From Thermoleophilales bacterium (GTDB lineage Bacteria; Actinomycetota; Thermoleophilia; Solirubrobacterales; 70-9), in assembly GCA_020636955.1 (NCBI GenBank), contig JACJWY010000010.1, positions 20,716-84,715 of the forward strand: a stretch of 64,000 nucleotides of DNA, in the 5' to 3' direction. The first letter of the stretch is position 1; the number at the start of each line of letters is the position of its first letter. A model generated the notes under the pieces. That model ran no database searches, was not told the DNA's origin, and worked only from the letters and a program-made list of their open reading frames with translations. Below, piece after piece: positions 26,893-35,092 of the stretch. The translations under genes and the position numbers were made by a program.

Positions 26893-28808
26893 GATGAACG
26901 CCGCCGGACCAGCGCCGCCACCTGCTCGAGCTCGGGCACACGCAGCAACTGGCAGACCGCCACATAGGCGAGCCCGCCGAGGCCAAGCCCGGCGCCGAGC
27001 GAAATGACCTGGCCGGCGAGGTCACGACCCAGGGCCTGGTCCAGCAAATCCCAGACTTCATAGGCGACCCCGGCCAGAACGGCCGAACCGACCAGGATCC
27101 GCCCGGCCGAAAACAGGAACTTGCCGAACTCGATGCCGGCCAGCCGGGTTCGCAGCATGACGGTCTGGATCGAAACCGAAACCGCGGTGGCGATCGCTGT
27201 CGCGGCGACGATTCCGGCCACCCCGAATGGCTTGTAGAGGAGGTACGAACCGATCGCGGTCACGGCCAGATTGGCGCCCGAAATCCAGGTCGGAATCCAG
27301 GGCTTCTGCAGACCGAAGAATGTCCGGCTGAGGAGCAGGTACATGCCGTTGGTCGGCAGAGAAAAGGCAAACCAGAACAGCGCCGTTGCTACGACCTGGG
27401 TCTCGGCGGCATCGAATTCGCCCCGCTGGTAGACCAACCGGATCATCGGCTCGGCAAGGACGAGAATTGCCGCGCTGGCCGGGATCAGCACGAAGATGAT
27501 CTGTCGCATGCCCTTCGCCAGCGTGCTGCGCAGGGAATCAAAGTCCTTGCGGTTGGCGAAACGGGCCAGAGTCGGGAAAAGCACGGTCGCGATCGCGACC
27601 GAGAAGATTCCCTGTGGAAGCTGATAGATCCGGAATGCCTTGTCGATTGCGGCCGGTGCCTCGTCGTTCACCAGCGAGCCGAAGAAGCTGTTGACCAGCA
27701 GGTTGAAGTTGATCAGGCCGAGGCTGAGCGTGACCGGAATCATCATGATCAGCACCCTTCTCACGTTCGGGTCCTTGAAATCGACCTTGAGGGTGAACTT
27801 GAACGGTGTGTTCCTGAGGTCGAATGTGGGGATTAACAGCTGGACCACGGTGCCAGCGACGACGCCGATTGCGTAGGCGTAAATATGTTTTTCCTCCGGG
27901 AACAGGGGCACCCCGAAGATGACCACGGCGATGATCGTGAGGTTCCAGAAAAACGGCGATATCGCGAAGGCGCCGAACCGGTCGTAGCTGTTGAGGATGC
28001 CGACCACGATCCCGGTCACCCCGAGCAGGATCAGGATCGGGAACAGGATCTGCGAAAGCACGATCATCAGGTCCTCGGTCATCCCCGAGAAACCGGGCGC
28101 AAACAGGGGCATCACCAGGCCCGCAGCGAGAATGAAGAAGGCCGTGATCGCGCCGAGGATCATGGTCACCAGCAAGAGCAGGGTCGAGGCCATGCGGAAG
28201 GCTTCGCGGTACTTGCCCTTCTCGATCTGCTCGGTGAAAATCGGCACAAAGGCCGGCTGCAGTGCGGCGTCGGCGAAGAGGGCCCGGATCAGGTTCGGCA
28301 CCTGGAAGGCGACCGTGAACGCGGACATCGGGCCGGAAATGCCGAAATAACTGGCGGCGACGACCTCGCGCACCAGCCCGGCCACCCTCGAAGCCGCCGT
28401 GGCCACCGAGAAGAACGCGGTCGACCGGGCCAGACGTCCGGCTTGCTCCGGCCTGGGGGCCTTGCGGGGGACCGATTCTTCCCCGGGCCCTTCGACGTCT
28501 TCCCGCGGCCCCTCGATAACGGGCACGGGAGCCAGCGCTCCGCCCTCTTCTGCCAGGCCGGTGGCGGTTTCCACCATCGCTTCTTCGCGTTCAATAACCG
28601 CCTCGGAAGCCGAGTCGACCCCGGGATCGGGCGACGGGGACGGACCCCTGATCGCCGTTTCCGCCCGCTCGAAGGTGGTGAGGATCGCCTGCTCGGCTGC
28701 CCGGGCGGCGGCCTCAAAGGGATCGAGTTGGGGGTCGGATGGCGTGTTCAAGCTCTTTGGCGTATAGTCAGCGGCCGCTCGTCGGCACCAATTTGCCCGC
28801 GAGTGCAC
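26889..28808 (-). CDS. murJ: Lipid II flippase MurJ (MviN) with an acidic/Pro-rich N-terminal extension
   Basis: The typical MurJ core starts near RSTAFFSVATAASRVAGLVREVV. The start is uncertain. The longest ORF begins 8 nt from the rpsT ATG, so an internal Met near 28577 may be the real start. Confidence 0.85.
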   Translation of the reverse strand: MHSRANWCRRAAADYTPKSLNTPSDPQLDPFEAAARAAEQAILTTFERAETAIRGPSPSPDPGVDSASEAVIEREEAMVETATGLAEEGGALAPVPVIEGPREDVEGPGEESVPRKAPRPEQAGRLARSTAFFSVATAASRVAGLVREVVAASYFGISGPMSAFTVAFQVPNLIRALFADAALQPAFVPIFTEQIEKGKYREAFRMASTLLLLVTMILGAITAFFILAAGLVMPLFAPGFSGMTEDLMIVLSQILFPILILLGVTGIVVGILNSYDRFGAFAISPFFWNLTIIAVVIFGVPLFPEEKHIYAYAIGVVAGTVVQLLIPTFDLRNTPFKFTLKVDFKDPNVRRVLIMMIPVTLSLGLINFNLLVNSFFGSLVNDEAPAAIDKAFRIYQLPQGIFSVAIATVLFPTLARFANRKDFDSLRSTLAKGMRQIIFVLIPASAAILVLAEPMIRLVYQRGEFDAAETQVVATALFWFAFSLPTNGMYLLLSRTFFGLQKPWIPTWISGANLAVTAIGSYLLYKPFGVAGIVAATAIATAVSVSIQTVMLRTRLAGIEFGKFLFSAGRILVGSAVLAGVAYEVWDLLDQALGRDLAGQVISLGAGLGLGGLAYVAVCQLLRVPELEQVAALVRRRSS

Positions 28809-28816
28809 CAGAAATC

Positions 28817-29077
28817 ATGGCCAACATAGCCTCACAGAAAAAGAGAATCCTTCGCACCGAGCGTGAGCGCGTCGAGAACCGGCGGCTTACGTCTGCGATC
28901 AAGACTTACTTCAACCGCCTCGAGAAGGCCGCCGCCGGCAGCGATGACGACGCGGTCCAGGCCGAGCATCGAGCTCTCGTCTCACGCATCGACAAGGCGA
29001 TCCAGAAGGGCGCGATCCACCGCAACAACGGCGCCCGGAAAAAAGCCCGCGCCGCGAAGATCGCCTCCGGCTCCTAG
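28817..29077 (+). CDS. rpsT: 30S ribosomal protein S20
   Basis: ORF trimmed to ATG 28817 (MANIASQKKRILRTERERVENRR...), 86 aa. Confidence 0.95.
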   Translation: MANIASQKKRILRTERERVENRRLTSAIKTYFNRLEKAAAGSDDDAVQAEHRALVSRIDKAIQKGAIHRNNGARKKARAAKIASGS

Positions 29078-29082
29078 TCCCA

Positions 29083-30084
29083 CTATCGGGTAGCAGCCAG
29101 CAGGGCGAGGTCGAGGGCCAGGTCGTCCGGATATTCAGCGCCGCCACGGGTCCAGACTTCAAGGTCGGCGAGAGCGATCGCTGCGTTTCGCGTCGATTCG
29201 ACCGTGGTGCCGTTGAGCGAGTTGATGAGCCTCCTTGCGACAAAGGGCGGCACACCCAGTTCCCTTTCAAGCCTTGACGGCTCCTCCCCGGCTTCCAGCC
29301 TGACCAGGGCCTTATGGGCCCGGCGGATCGAGGTCGAGGTCGTGTACACGGTGCTGCCCGCCGTCACGCCCTGCGCGATCAAGCGTTCTGCCACGGCGAT
29401 CACTTCCCGCGCCTCGCCGGCTATCAGCGCGTCGCCGAGGGCGAAGCTGCCGGTTTCCGAAGTGTCGGCAACCATCTCTTCGAGATCCTCGATATCCACC
29501 GATCCGCCCGGTCCGGCCCAGAGAGCCAGCCGGTCCAGTTCAACGCCCAGCCGGGGAAGGCTTTCCCCGATCCGGCCGAGCAGGAAGCGGGCCGCCTCGG
29601 GAGTGAGTTCAAACTCCCTGGACGCCGCCCCCTCGATCAGGAAAACCGGCAAACGCGCAACTTCGGGCGCGTCGTACGGCAGGTTCTCGCCTCCCGCAGA
29701 CTTGACTGCTTCGGCTATGCCGGCCGGCACCTTGCCTCGCGCAATAAGGACCACCGTTGTTTCCCCGGGCAGCGCGAGCAGCGCCTCACGGACGGTGGCC
29801 GCCTGGTTCTTGCCCCATTTCTCGATACGGTCGGCGAGCAGGTATCTGCGACCCGGGATCAGGGAGAGCGAGGTAATCGAGGCCGCCAGAGCGTCCGCGT
29901 CCGGGCTGCCCCTGCCTTCGGCCGGCTCGAAAATCTCCAGACCGCCTGCTCCGCTTTCAGATTCGGCCCGCTGGCGCAGACGGGCACGGGCCTGGTCGAT
30001 TTTGGCTTCGTCGGAGCCGTGGATCAGGTAGGCAGGTTTCACCCTGCCATTTTCACCGATCGGTCGGCGGACACAGCGAGTCAC
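29083..30084 (-). CDS. holA: DNA polymerase III subunit delta
   Basis: YLIHGSDEAKI N-terminal motif. It sits after comEC as in Firmicutes. The start could instead be GTG at 30042. Confidence 0.8.
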   Translation of the reverse strand: MTRCVRRPIGENGRVKPAYLIHGSDEAKIDQARARLRQRAESESGAGGLEIFEPAEGRGSPDADALAASITSLSLIPGRRYLLADRIEKWGKNQAATVREALLALPGETTVVLIARGKVPAGIAEAVKSAGGENLPYDAPEVARLPVFLIEGAASREFELTPEAARFLLGRIGESLPRLGVELDRLALWAGPGGSVDIEDLEEMVADTSETGSFALGDALIAGEAREVIAVAERLIAQGVTAGSTVYTTSTSIRRAHKALVRLEAGEEPSRLERELGVPPFVARRLINSLNGTTVESTRNAAIALADLEVWTRGGAEYPDDLALDLALLAATR

Positions 30085-30101
30085 GGTGCCGGGCGGTTTC
30101 C

Positions 30102-32429
30102 CTAGCGGCCGGTCTCGACTCGAAAGCCGGGACCGTCACCGAGTATGACCGAGACGGTCCCGTCACGATCGGTCCGAAGCACCGGCACCCCTGAGCTGTC
30201 CAGTTCGCCCAGCACTTCGGGGGTCGGATGACCATAAGGATTGCTTTCCCCGACGGAAATGACCGCAAGCCGGGGTGAGGCCTCCCCGAGCAGGGCCGGC
30301 AGCCCCGCGTCTTCGCTGCCGTGATGAGAGACCTTGAGCACGTCGATCGGTCCCGGATCCATCGGCACCGACTCCGCTTCCGCATCCCCGGTCAGCAACA
30401 TGCGGAAGTCACTCCACTCGAGCAGAGCCACGATCGAGCGAAGGTTGGTTGCGGTCCCCGCCGGGGACGTGGAGCCGGCCACAGCCATTGACGCGGGGCC
30501 GGCTTCGGCCGGTGGCCAGAGAATCTCCAGCTTCAGGTCGCCGTCCCTGATCTCGTCGCCCTGGCTCACCCGTTCCAGTCTGGTTCCCGCGCTCCGGGCC
30601 TGCGCAACCAGCTCGGGAGGTGCGCGATCAACCAGCAGACGATCGATGGTTATCAGGCCGAAGAGGTCAGGTAATCCGCCGTAGTGATCCAGATCGGGAT
30701 GGGTGAGCAGGACGGCCGCAAGGTGGTCGACCCCGGCCGAATCGAGCGCCCCCGGCAGATCGTCGCCCGGCGGCCCACCATCGATCAGGATCGGATCCTC
30801 ACCGTCCGGCCGGAGAAGGATGGCGTCACCCTGGCCTATGTCGAGGATCTCAACCCTGGCTCCACCGCCCGGCGGAGAATCGAGATGCCGACGATCGCTT
30901 CCGTTCAGGCCGGGCAGGATCAGGATCAGCACCGCCAGGACCAGACCGACCGTTGGCAACCAGCTGCGGGGACGGACGGAAACCGGGCTGACCTGCCAGA
31001 ACCGAAGCGTGGCGAGCATACCCAGAGCAAGGATGAGGGTGAGGAGGATGAGGCCGGCCGGGCCCCCGACGTCCACTTCAGCCACCGCCCATGTCGGCCG
31101 CCCGAACCATTCCGCAACCTGGGCGATCCATCCGAGAAAGAGCGAACCGGCCAGGTTGAAGGGTGCGGCCAGGGCGGGATCGATCTGTCCGGCCCCGACC
31201 GAGATCATGCCCGCCCACATGGCTGGGGCGACCGCTGGCATCGCGGCCAGGTTGGCAAAAAGCGTCGCGACCGGCAGCCGCTCGAAGTGAAAGGCGATCA
31301 GGGGCGCCGTGGCAAGGGTTGCCGCGAGGGTCACCGAGACGCCTTCGGTCAGGCTGCGCCGCCACCCCCCGGATCCGAACATGGGCTCCAGCCGAACCTG
31401 GAGCGGGCGGGCCGCAAGCATGATCCCGACCACAGCCGCAAAGCTGAGTTGCCAGCCGATGTCACCGGTGGCACGGGGGTTCAGGCCGAGGGTTACGAGG
31501 GCGGCCAATGCGACCGCGTAAACCCGGGATGGTGCCCTCGTCGCGGCCAGCGCGACAAGACCGGCCAGCCCCATCACTCCGGCCCGCTGTATGGAAGCCC
31601 CGCCGCCGGCCAGCGGAACGTAGAGCAGGATCAATCCGGCGATCGCCGCGAGGCGTTGTCGAGGACCTGCTCCCAGGAGTGTCAGAAAGGGGATCGCCAG
31701 CAACGCGAGCAGGACCACGTTCTGACCAGAGACAGCCAGCAGGTGGCTCAACCCGGACCGACGGAAATCCTCCGTGGTCCGTTCGTCGATGCCGCCGTCA
31801 TCGCCGAGCACAAATCCGCGTGACAGCGCTGCTTCCCTTTCCGGCACCGCGACCGACAGTGCCTCCAGGGCGTGGTCCCTGAGCTTGTCGATGAGTCCCG
31901 GCAGTCCGCCGCGGCGGCGGCCATCGGGGCTCAACTCATCTGCCCGCAGGACCATGGCGATCCCCCGCCGTTCAAGGTCGTCTGCCATCCAGTCGGGAGT
32001 CGGTTCAAGCTGCCCTTTGATTTCGAGGCCCTCGCCGGGCCGCAGCTCGTCGACCGGCGAAGTTGTTTCGACCATGACCCGGCCCCGATCGGTTCCGAAA
32101 TCGAACCTGGTAATTCCCCTGGACCCGGACGGCAAAGTCAGCACGAAACCGGAAGTCGTGACGGGACCGGTTCCCTGCCGTAGCGCACCGGCATCGATCG
32201 AATCTAGGCGTGCCCCGCCGACCAGAAGGCCGGCGATGGCCGTCGTCGTTGCGGCAAGCGCCAGGCCCGCACCGTGGAGCCGCCCCCGGCGGGTGAAGAT
32301 CACAAGCACCAGCCCGGTCGCGCAGATAGGCCTGATCCAGCTTCCGCCCGGATCGAGAAACGGGGAAGCGGCCAGACCGGCCGCGCCGCCGATCGCCGCC
32401 GCCAACCGCCAGTCGGCGGCCGCTTTCAC
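30102..32429 (-). CDS. comEC: DNA internalization-related competence protein ComEC/Rec2 (with metallo-beta-lactamase domain)
   Basis: Competence-domain motif SGLSHLLAVSGQNV is present, with multiple TM segments. The C-terminal MBL domain has LLTHPDLDHYGG. Confidence 0.9.
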   Translation of the reverse strand: MKAAADWRLAAAIGGAAGLAASPFLDPGGSWIRPICATGLVLVIFTRRGRLHGAGLALAATTTAIAGLLVGGARLDSIDAGALRQGTGPVTTSGFVLTLPSGSRGITRFDFGTDRGRVMVETTSPVDELRPGEGLEIKGQLEPTPDWMADDLERRGIAMVLRADELSPDGRRRGGLPGLIDKLRDHALEALSVAVPEREAALSRGFVLGDDGGIDERTTEDFRRSGLSHLLAVSGQNVVLLALLAIPFLTLLGAGPRQRLAAIAGLILLYVPLAGGGASIQRAGVMGLAGLVALAATRAPSRVYAVALAALVTLGLNPRATGDIGWQLSFAAVVGIMLAARPLQVRLEPMFGSGGWRRSLTEGVSVTLAATLATAPLIAFHFERLPVATLFANLAAMPAVAPAMWAGMISVGAGQIDPALAAPFNLAGSLFLGWIAQVAEWFGRPTWAVAEVDVGGPAGLILLTLILALGMLATLRFWQVSPVSVRPRSWLPTVGLVLAVLILILPGLNGSDRRHLDSPPGGGARVEILDIGQGDAILLRPDGEDPILIDGGPPGDDLPGALDSAGVDHLAAVLLTHPDLDHYGGLPDLFGLITIDRLLVDRAPPELVAQARSAGTRLERVSQGDEIRDGDLKLEILWPPAEAGPASMAVAGSTSPAGTATNLRSIVALLEWSDFRMLLTGDAEAESVPMDPGPIDVLKVSHHGSEDAGLPALLGEASPRLAVISVGESNPYGHPTPEVLGELDSSGVPVLRTDRDGTVSVILGDGPGFRVETGR

Positions 32430-33073
32430 GGGGCCAGCGCGGCCCGGAGTGACTCCATCGTGACCGGCCCGATGCCACTGACCTGGTCGAGCTCTTCTAT
32501 CGAGCCGAGTCCGCCCTGCGAGTCACGAAATTCGAGGATCTTCTCTGCGGTGACCGGACCTATGCCGTCGATTTCTTCGAGCTGCTCCTGGGTGGCGGTG
32601 CCGAGACTGACCGGCGTTTCCGGAGCCGAGCCAACGGCCCCGGACCCGGCCGCAGCCAGTCCGGAAGACCCGGGGCTGCCCGCCGACGGGACCACGACCT
32701 GCTGACCGTCGCTGAGGGTGGCGGCCCGGTTGATCGCGCCGACCAGGGCCTTGCCGGTCGTTCCACCGGCCCGGGAGATCGCATCGATCACCCGCGCCCC
32801 CTGCTCGAAGCGATAGACCCCGGGACGCCGCACCGCCCCGGCCACGTCGACGATCAGGTTGCGGCTGCCGCCCCCGAGCCGGAATCCGCTGCTACCGGCT
32901 CCGCCCGCCCCCGGGGTTTCACCTGGCCCGGTCGAAGCACTGCCGGATGTCGAGACTTTGCCGCCAAAGGATTCAGAGTGGCCCTTTTCGCTCTTTATCG
33001 AGTTGAAGCCGACCAGCAGCACCACGGCGCCAACCACGATGTAGACGAGTGTCTGTCCGCTGATCCGGGGCAT
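32426..33073 (-). CDS. comEA: ComEA family DNA-binding competence protein
   Basis: N-terminal TM segment, an SLBB-like region, and a C-terminal tandem helix-hairpin-helix (IDGIGPVTAEKI..., VSGIGPVTMESL). Confidence 0.88.
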   Translation of the reverse strand: MPRISGQTLVYIVVGAVVLLVGFNSIKSEKGHSESFGGKVSTSGSASTGPGETPGAGGAGSSGFRLGGGSRNLIVDVAGAVRRPGVYRFEQGARVIDAISRAGGTTGKALVGAINRAATLSDGQQVVVPSAGSPGSSGLAAAGSGAVGSAPETPVSLGTATQEQLEEIDGIGPVTAEKILEFRDSQGGLGSIEELDQVSGIGPVTMESLRAALAP

Positions 33074-33185
33074 GCCCTGAAACTGGCAGGAAAAGCCTCA
33101 CAGGTGGCTCCACAGGTGCAACGATTGGGTAACTACCGATTTGCCCGAGTGCTTCCGGAGATTCCCGGGCAGAAATGGGCCGCTC

Positions 33186-33605
33186 TCACTCTCCTGAAAC
33201 CCCGAAAATGCGCCTGAGCTCGGCCAGGTCCGCGCCCGAAAGTTCCTGCAGCATGAGAGGGGGCTCGTCAAGGATCTGTTCGGCCCTTCTTGCGGCCTTT
33301 CTTCCGGATCGGGTGAGGCCGACCAGTTTGGCTCGCCGGTCGTCCGGATGGGGCCGACGCTCGAGAAGGCCCCGACTCTCGAGGTTGTCGATCATGACGG
33401 TGACGTTCGGAGGGTCGGTGGCAAGCCGCCTGGCAAGTTCTTTTTGGGTCAAGGGGCCATCGAGCAGCCGGCGCAGGACGCGAGCCCGACCGAAGCTGAT
33501 TCCGAGCGCCTCGGAAACGTCGCTCTTGCGGTCGACGTCGAGCACCATCTTCGAGAGCGCCCGCCAGATTTCGCGAGCGTCTTTCGCCGGATCCTGCGAA
33601 TTCAT
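33186..33605 (-). CDS. MarR-family transcriptional regulator
   Basis: ORF trimmed to ATG 33605 (MNSQDPAKDAREIWRAL...), which overlaps the MFS TGA as ATGA. A winged-helix region is present (LTQKELARRLATDPPNVTVMIDNLESRGLLERR). Confidence 0.85.
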   Translation of the reverse strand: MNSQDPAKDAREIWRALSKMVLDVDRKSDVSEALGISFGRARVLRRLLDGPLTQKELARRLATDPPNVTVMIDNLESRGLLERRPHPDDRRAKLVGLTRSGRKAARRAEQILDEPPLMLQELSGADLAELRRIFGVSGE

Positions 33606-35056
33606 GGTGACGGCACCTCCCCCTCGCCGATCTCGAAGCGGGCCGCGGTTTTCCGTGCTGTGCCGAGCGCCTCGGGTGTGCTCGACAGGTAACCGAGCAG
33701 GATGATCGCCCCCGACAGGGCGACGACCAGCCACCAGGCTGGCTGGCTGGCGTCGACGATCTGATCCCGCAGCGGACCATTCGCAGCCGCGGTCACCAGG
33801 CCGCCGATCACCGCTACCCCGAGGGTCTGCCCCACCATCCGGCTGGTCGAAGCCACCGCCGCCGCCACGCCGGCCTGGCTGGCCGGCATGCCCGAGACGG
33901 CGGTGTTCGTGATCGGCGGATTGACAAGTCCGAAACCGAGACCGAAGACGGCATACGCCCCGTACAACCAGACGAGGCTGGTGTTTTCGGCGAGCGGCAC
34001 CAGCAAAATGCCGGCCACAACCATGGCGGCGCCACCAGCCATCAACGGGAGCCGGACCCCCCGGGACGCCACCAGCCGACCGGAGACCGGGCCGGCAATC
34101 ATGGTTGCCAGGGCCATCGGGACCAGGCTGAGCCCCGCTTCGATCGGCGAGAAGCCGCGGCCGTCCTGCAAATAGAGCGTGTTCACAAACATGAACCCGG
34201 AGAAGGCACCGAAAGCGAGGATCGCGGTGACCGTCGCCATCGTGAACGGGCGGCTGCGGAAGAAACGAAGTTCGATCAAGGGCTCGCTGCGGCGAAGCTC
34301 ATGCCTGACAAAGGCGACCAGGGCCGTGGCGGCGACCAGGGCCGCGGCGATAACCCAGGTCGAGTCCCAGCCCAGGTTCGGACCTTCGATCAGCGATCCG
34401 GTCAGCGTCGCCAGCAACACGAACGCAAGTACCTGCCCGATCGGATCGGGACGCCTGAAGCGGGTCGCCTTGCTCTCCGGTATGAACATTCCGGTAAGGA
34501 CGAAGGCGAGAATGCCGATCGGGACGTTGACCAGAAACACAGCCCGCCAGTCGAGTTCGGTGAGGAAGCCGCCGATGATCGGTCCCAGGGCCATGCTGAG
34601 CCCGAAGACCGCGGCCCACATGCCGATCGCCCGGGCCCGTTCGGCCGGGTCGGTGAAAATGTTCCTGATGATTGACATCGCAACCGGATTCAGCATCGAC
34701 GCGCCGACGCCCTGGAGCATGCGAAAGACGATCAGCCAGGTCGTGTCAGGCGAAAAGGCGCAACCGATCGACGCAAGCGTGAAAACGCAGAGGCCGGTGC
34801 GGAATATGCGCACCCTGCCGAAGCGGTCGGCCGAGGATCCACCGAGGATCAACAGGCTGGCCAGGACAAGTGAATACGAGGCCACCGCCCACTGCAGGCC
34901 GGAGACCGACGCGTCCATCGCCTTCTGGATCGAAGGCAGGGCGACGTTCACGATCGTCGCATCCATACCGACGATGAAGAGGCTGAGGCAGCAGATCGCG
35001 AGCACCAGCCATCGCCGATTCGAATCGCGGTCTGTCCCGTCAACAGTTATTGACAC
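33602..35056 (-). CDS. MFS transporter, DHA2 (14-TM, EmrB/QacA-like) drug:H+ antiporter family
   Basis: 484 aa. Motif GGSSADRFGRVRIF (motif A-like) is present. GTG start at 35056. Confidence 0.9.
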   Translation of the reverse strand: MSITVDGTDRDSNRRWLVLAICCLSLFIVGMDATIVNVALPSIQKAMDASVSGLQWAVASYSLVLASLLILGGSSADRFGRVRIFRTGLCVFTLASIGCAFSPDTTWLIVFRMLQGVGASMLNPVAMSIIRNIFTDPAERARAIGMWAAVFGLSMALGPIIGGFLTELDWRAVFLVNVPIGILAFVLTGMFIPESKATRFRRPDPIGQVLAFVLLATLTGSLIEGPNLGWDSTWVIAAALVAATALVAFVRHELRRSEPLIELRFFRSRPFTMATVTAILAFGAFSGFMFVNTLYLQDGRGFSPIEAGLSLVPMALATMIAGPVSGRLVASRGVRLPLMAGGAAMVVAGILLVPLAENTSLVWLYGAYAVFGLGFGLVNPPITNTAVSGMPASQAGVAAAVASTSRMVGQTLGVAVIGGLVTAAANGPLRDQIVDASQPAWWLVVALSGAIILLGYLSSTPEALGTARKTAARFEIGEGEVPSP

Positions 35057-35062
35057 ATAACT

Positions 35063-35068
35063 ATTATA
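35063..35068 (-). promoter_or_regulatory. Perfect TATAAT -10 hexamer, 6 nt upstream of the MFS GTG (leaderless)
   Basis: The minus strand reads GTGCTTATAATAGTTATGTG in an unusually AT-rich 36-nt gap after leuS. Confidence 0.55.
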
Positions 35069-35092
35069 AGCACATATGTTTCTGGGGCACGT

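Noticed and set aside
25850-27061. 403-aa minus-strand ORF, and the similar ORFs 25135..26010 and 26467..26967
   Set aside because: They are alternative frames over the 719-aa membrane protein and murJ. Their translations are Arg/Pro-rich, whereas the chosen frames give coherent TM-helix proteins.
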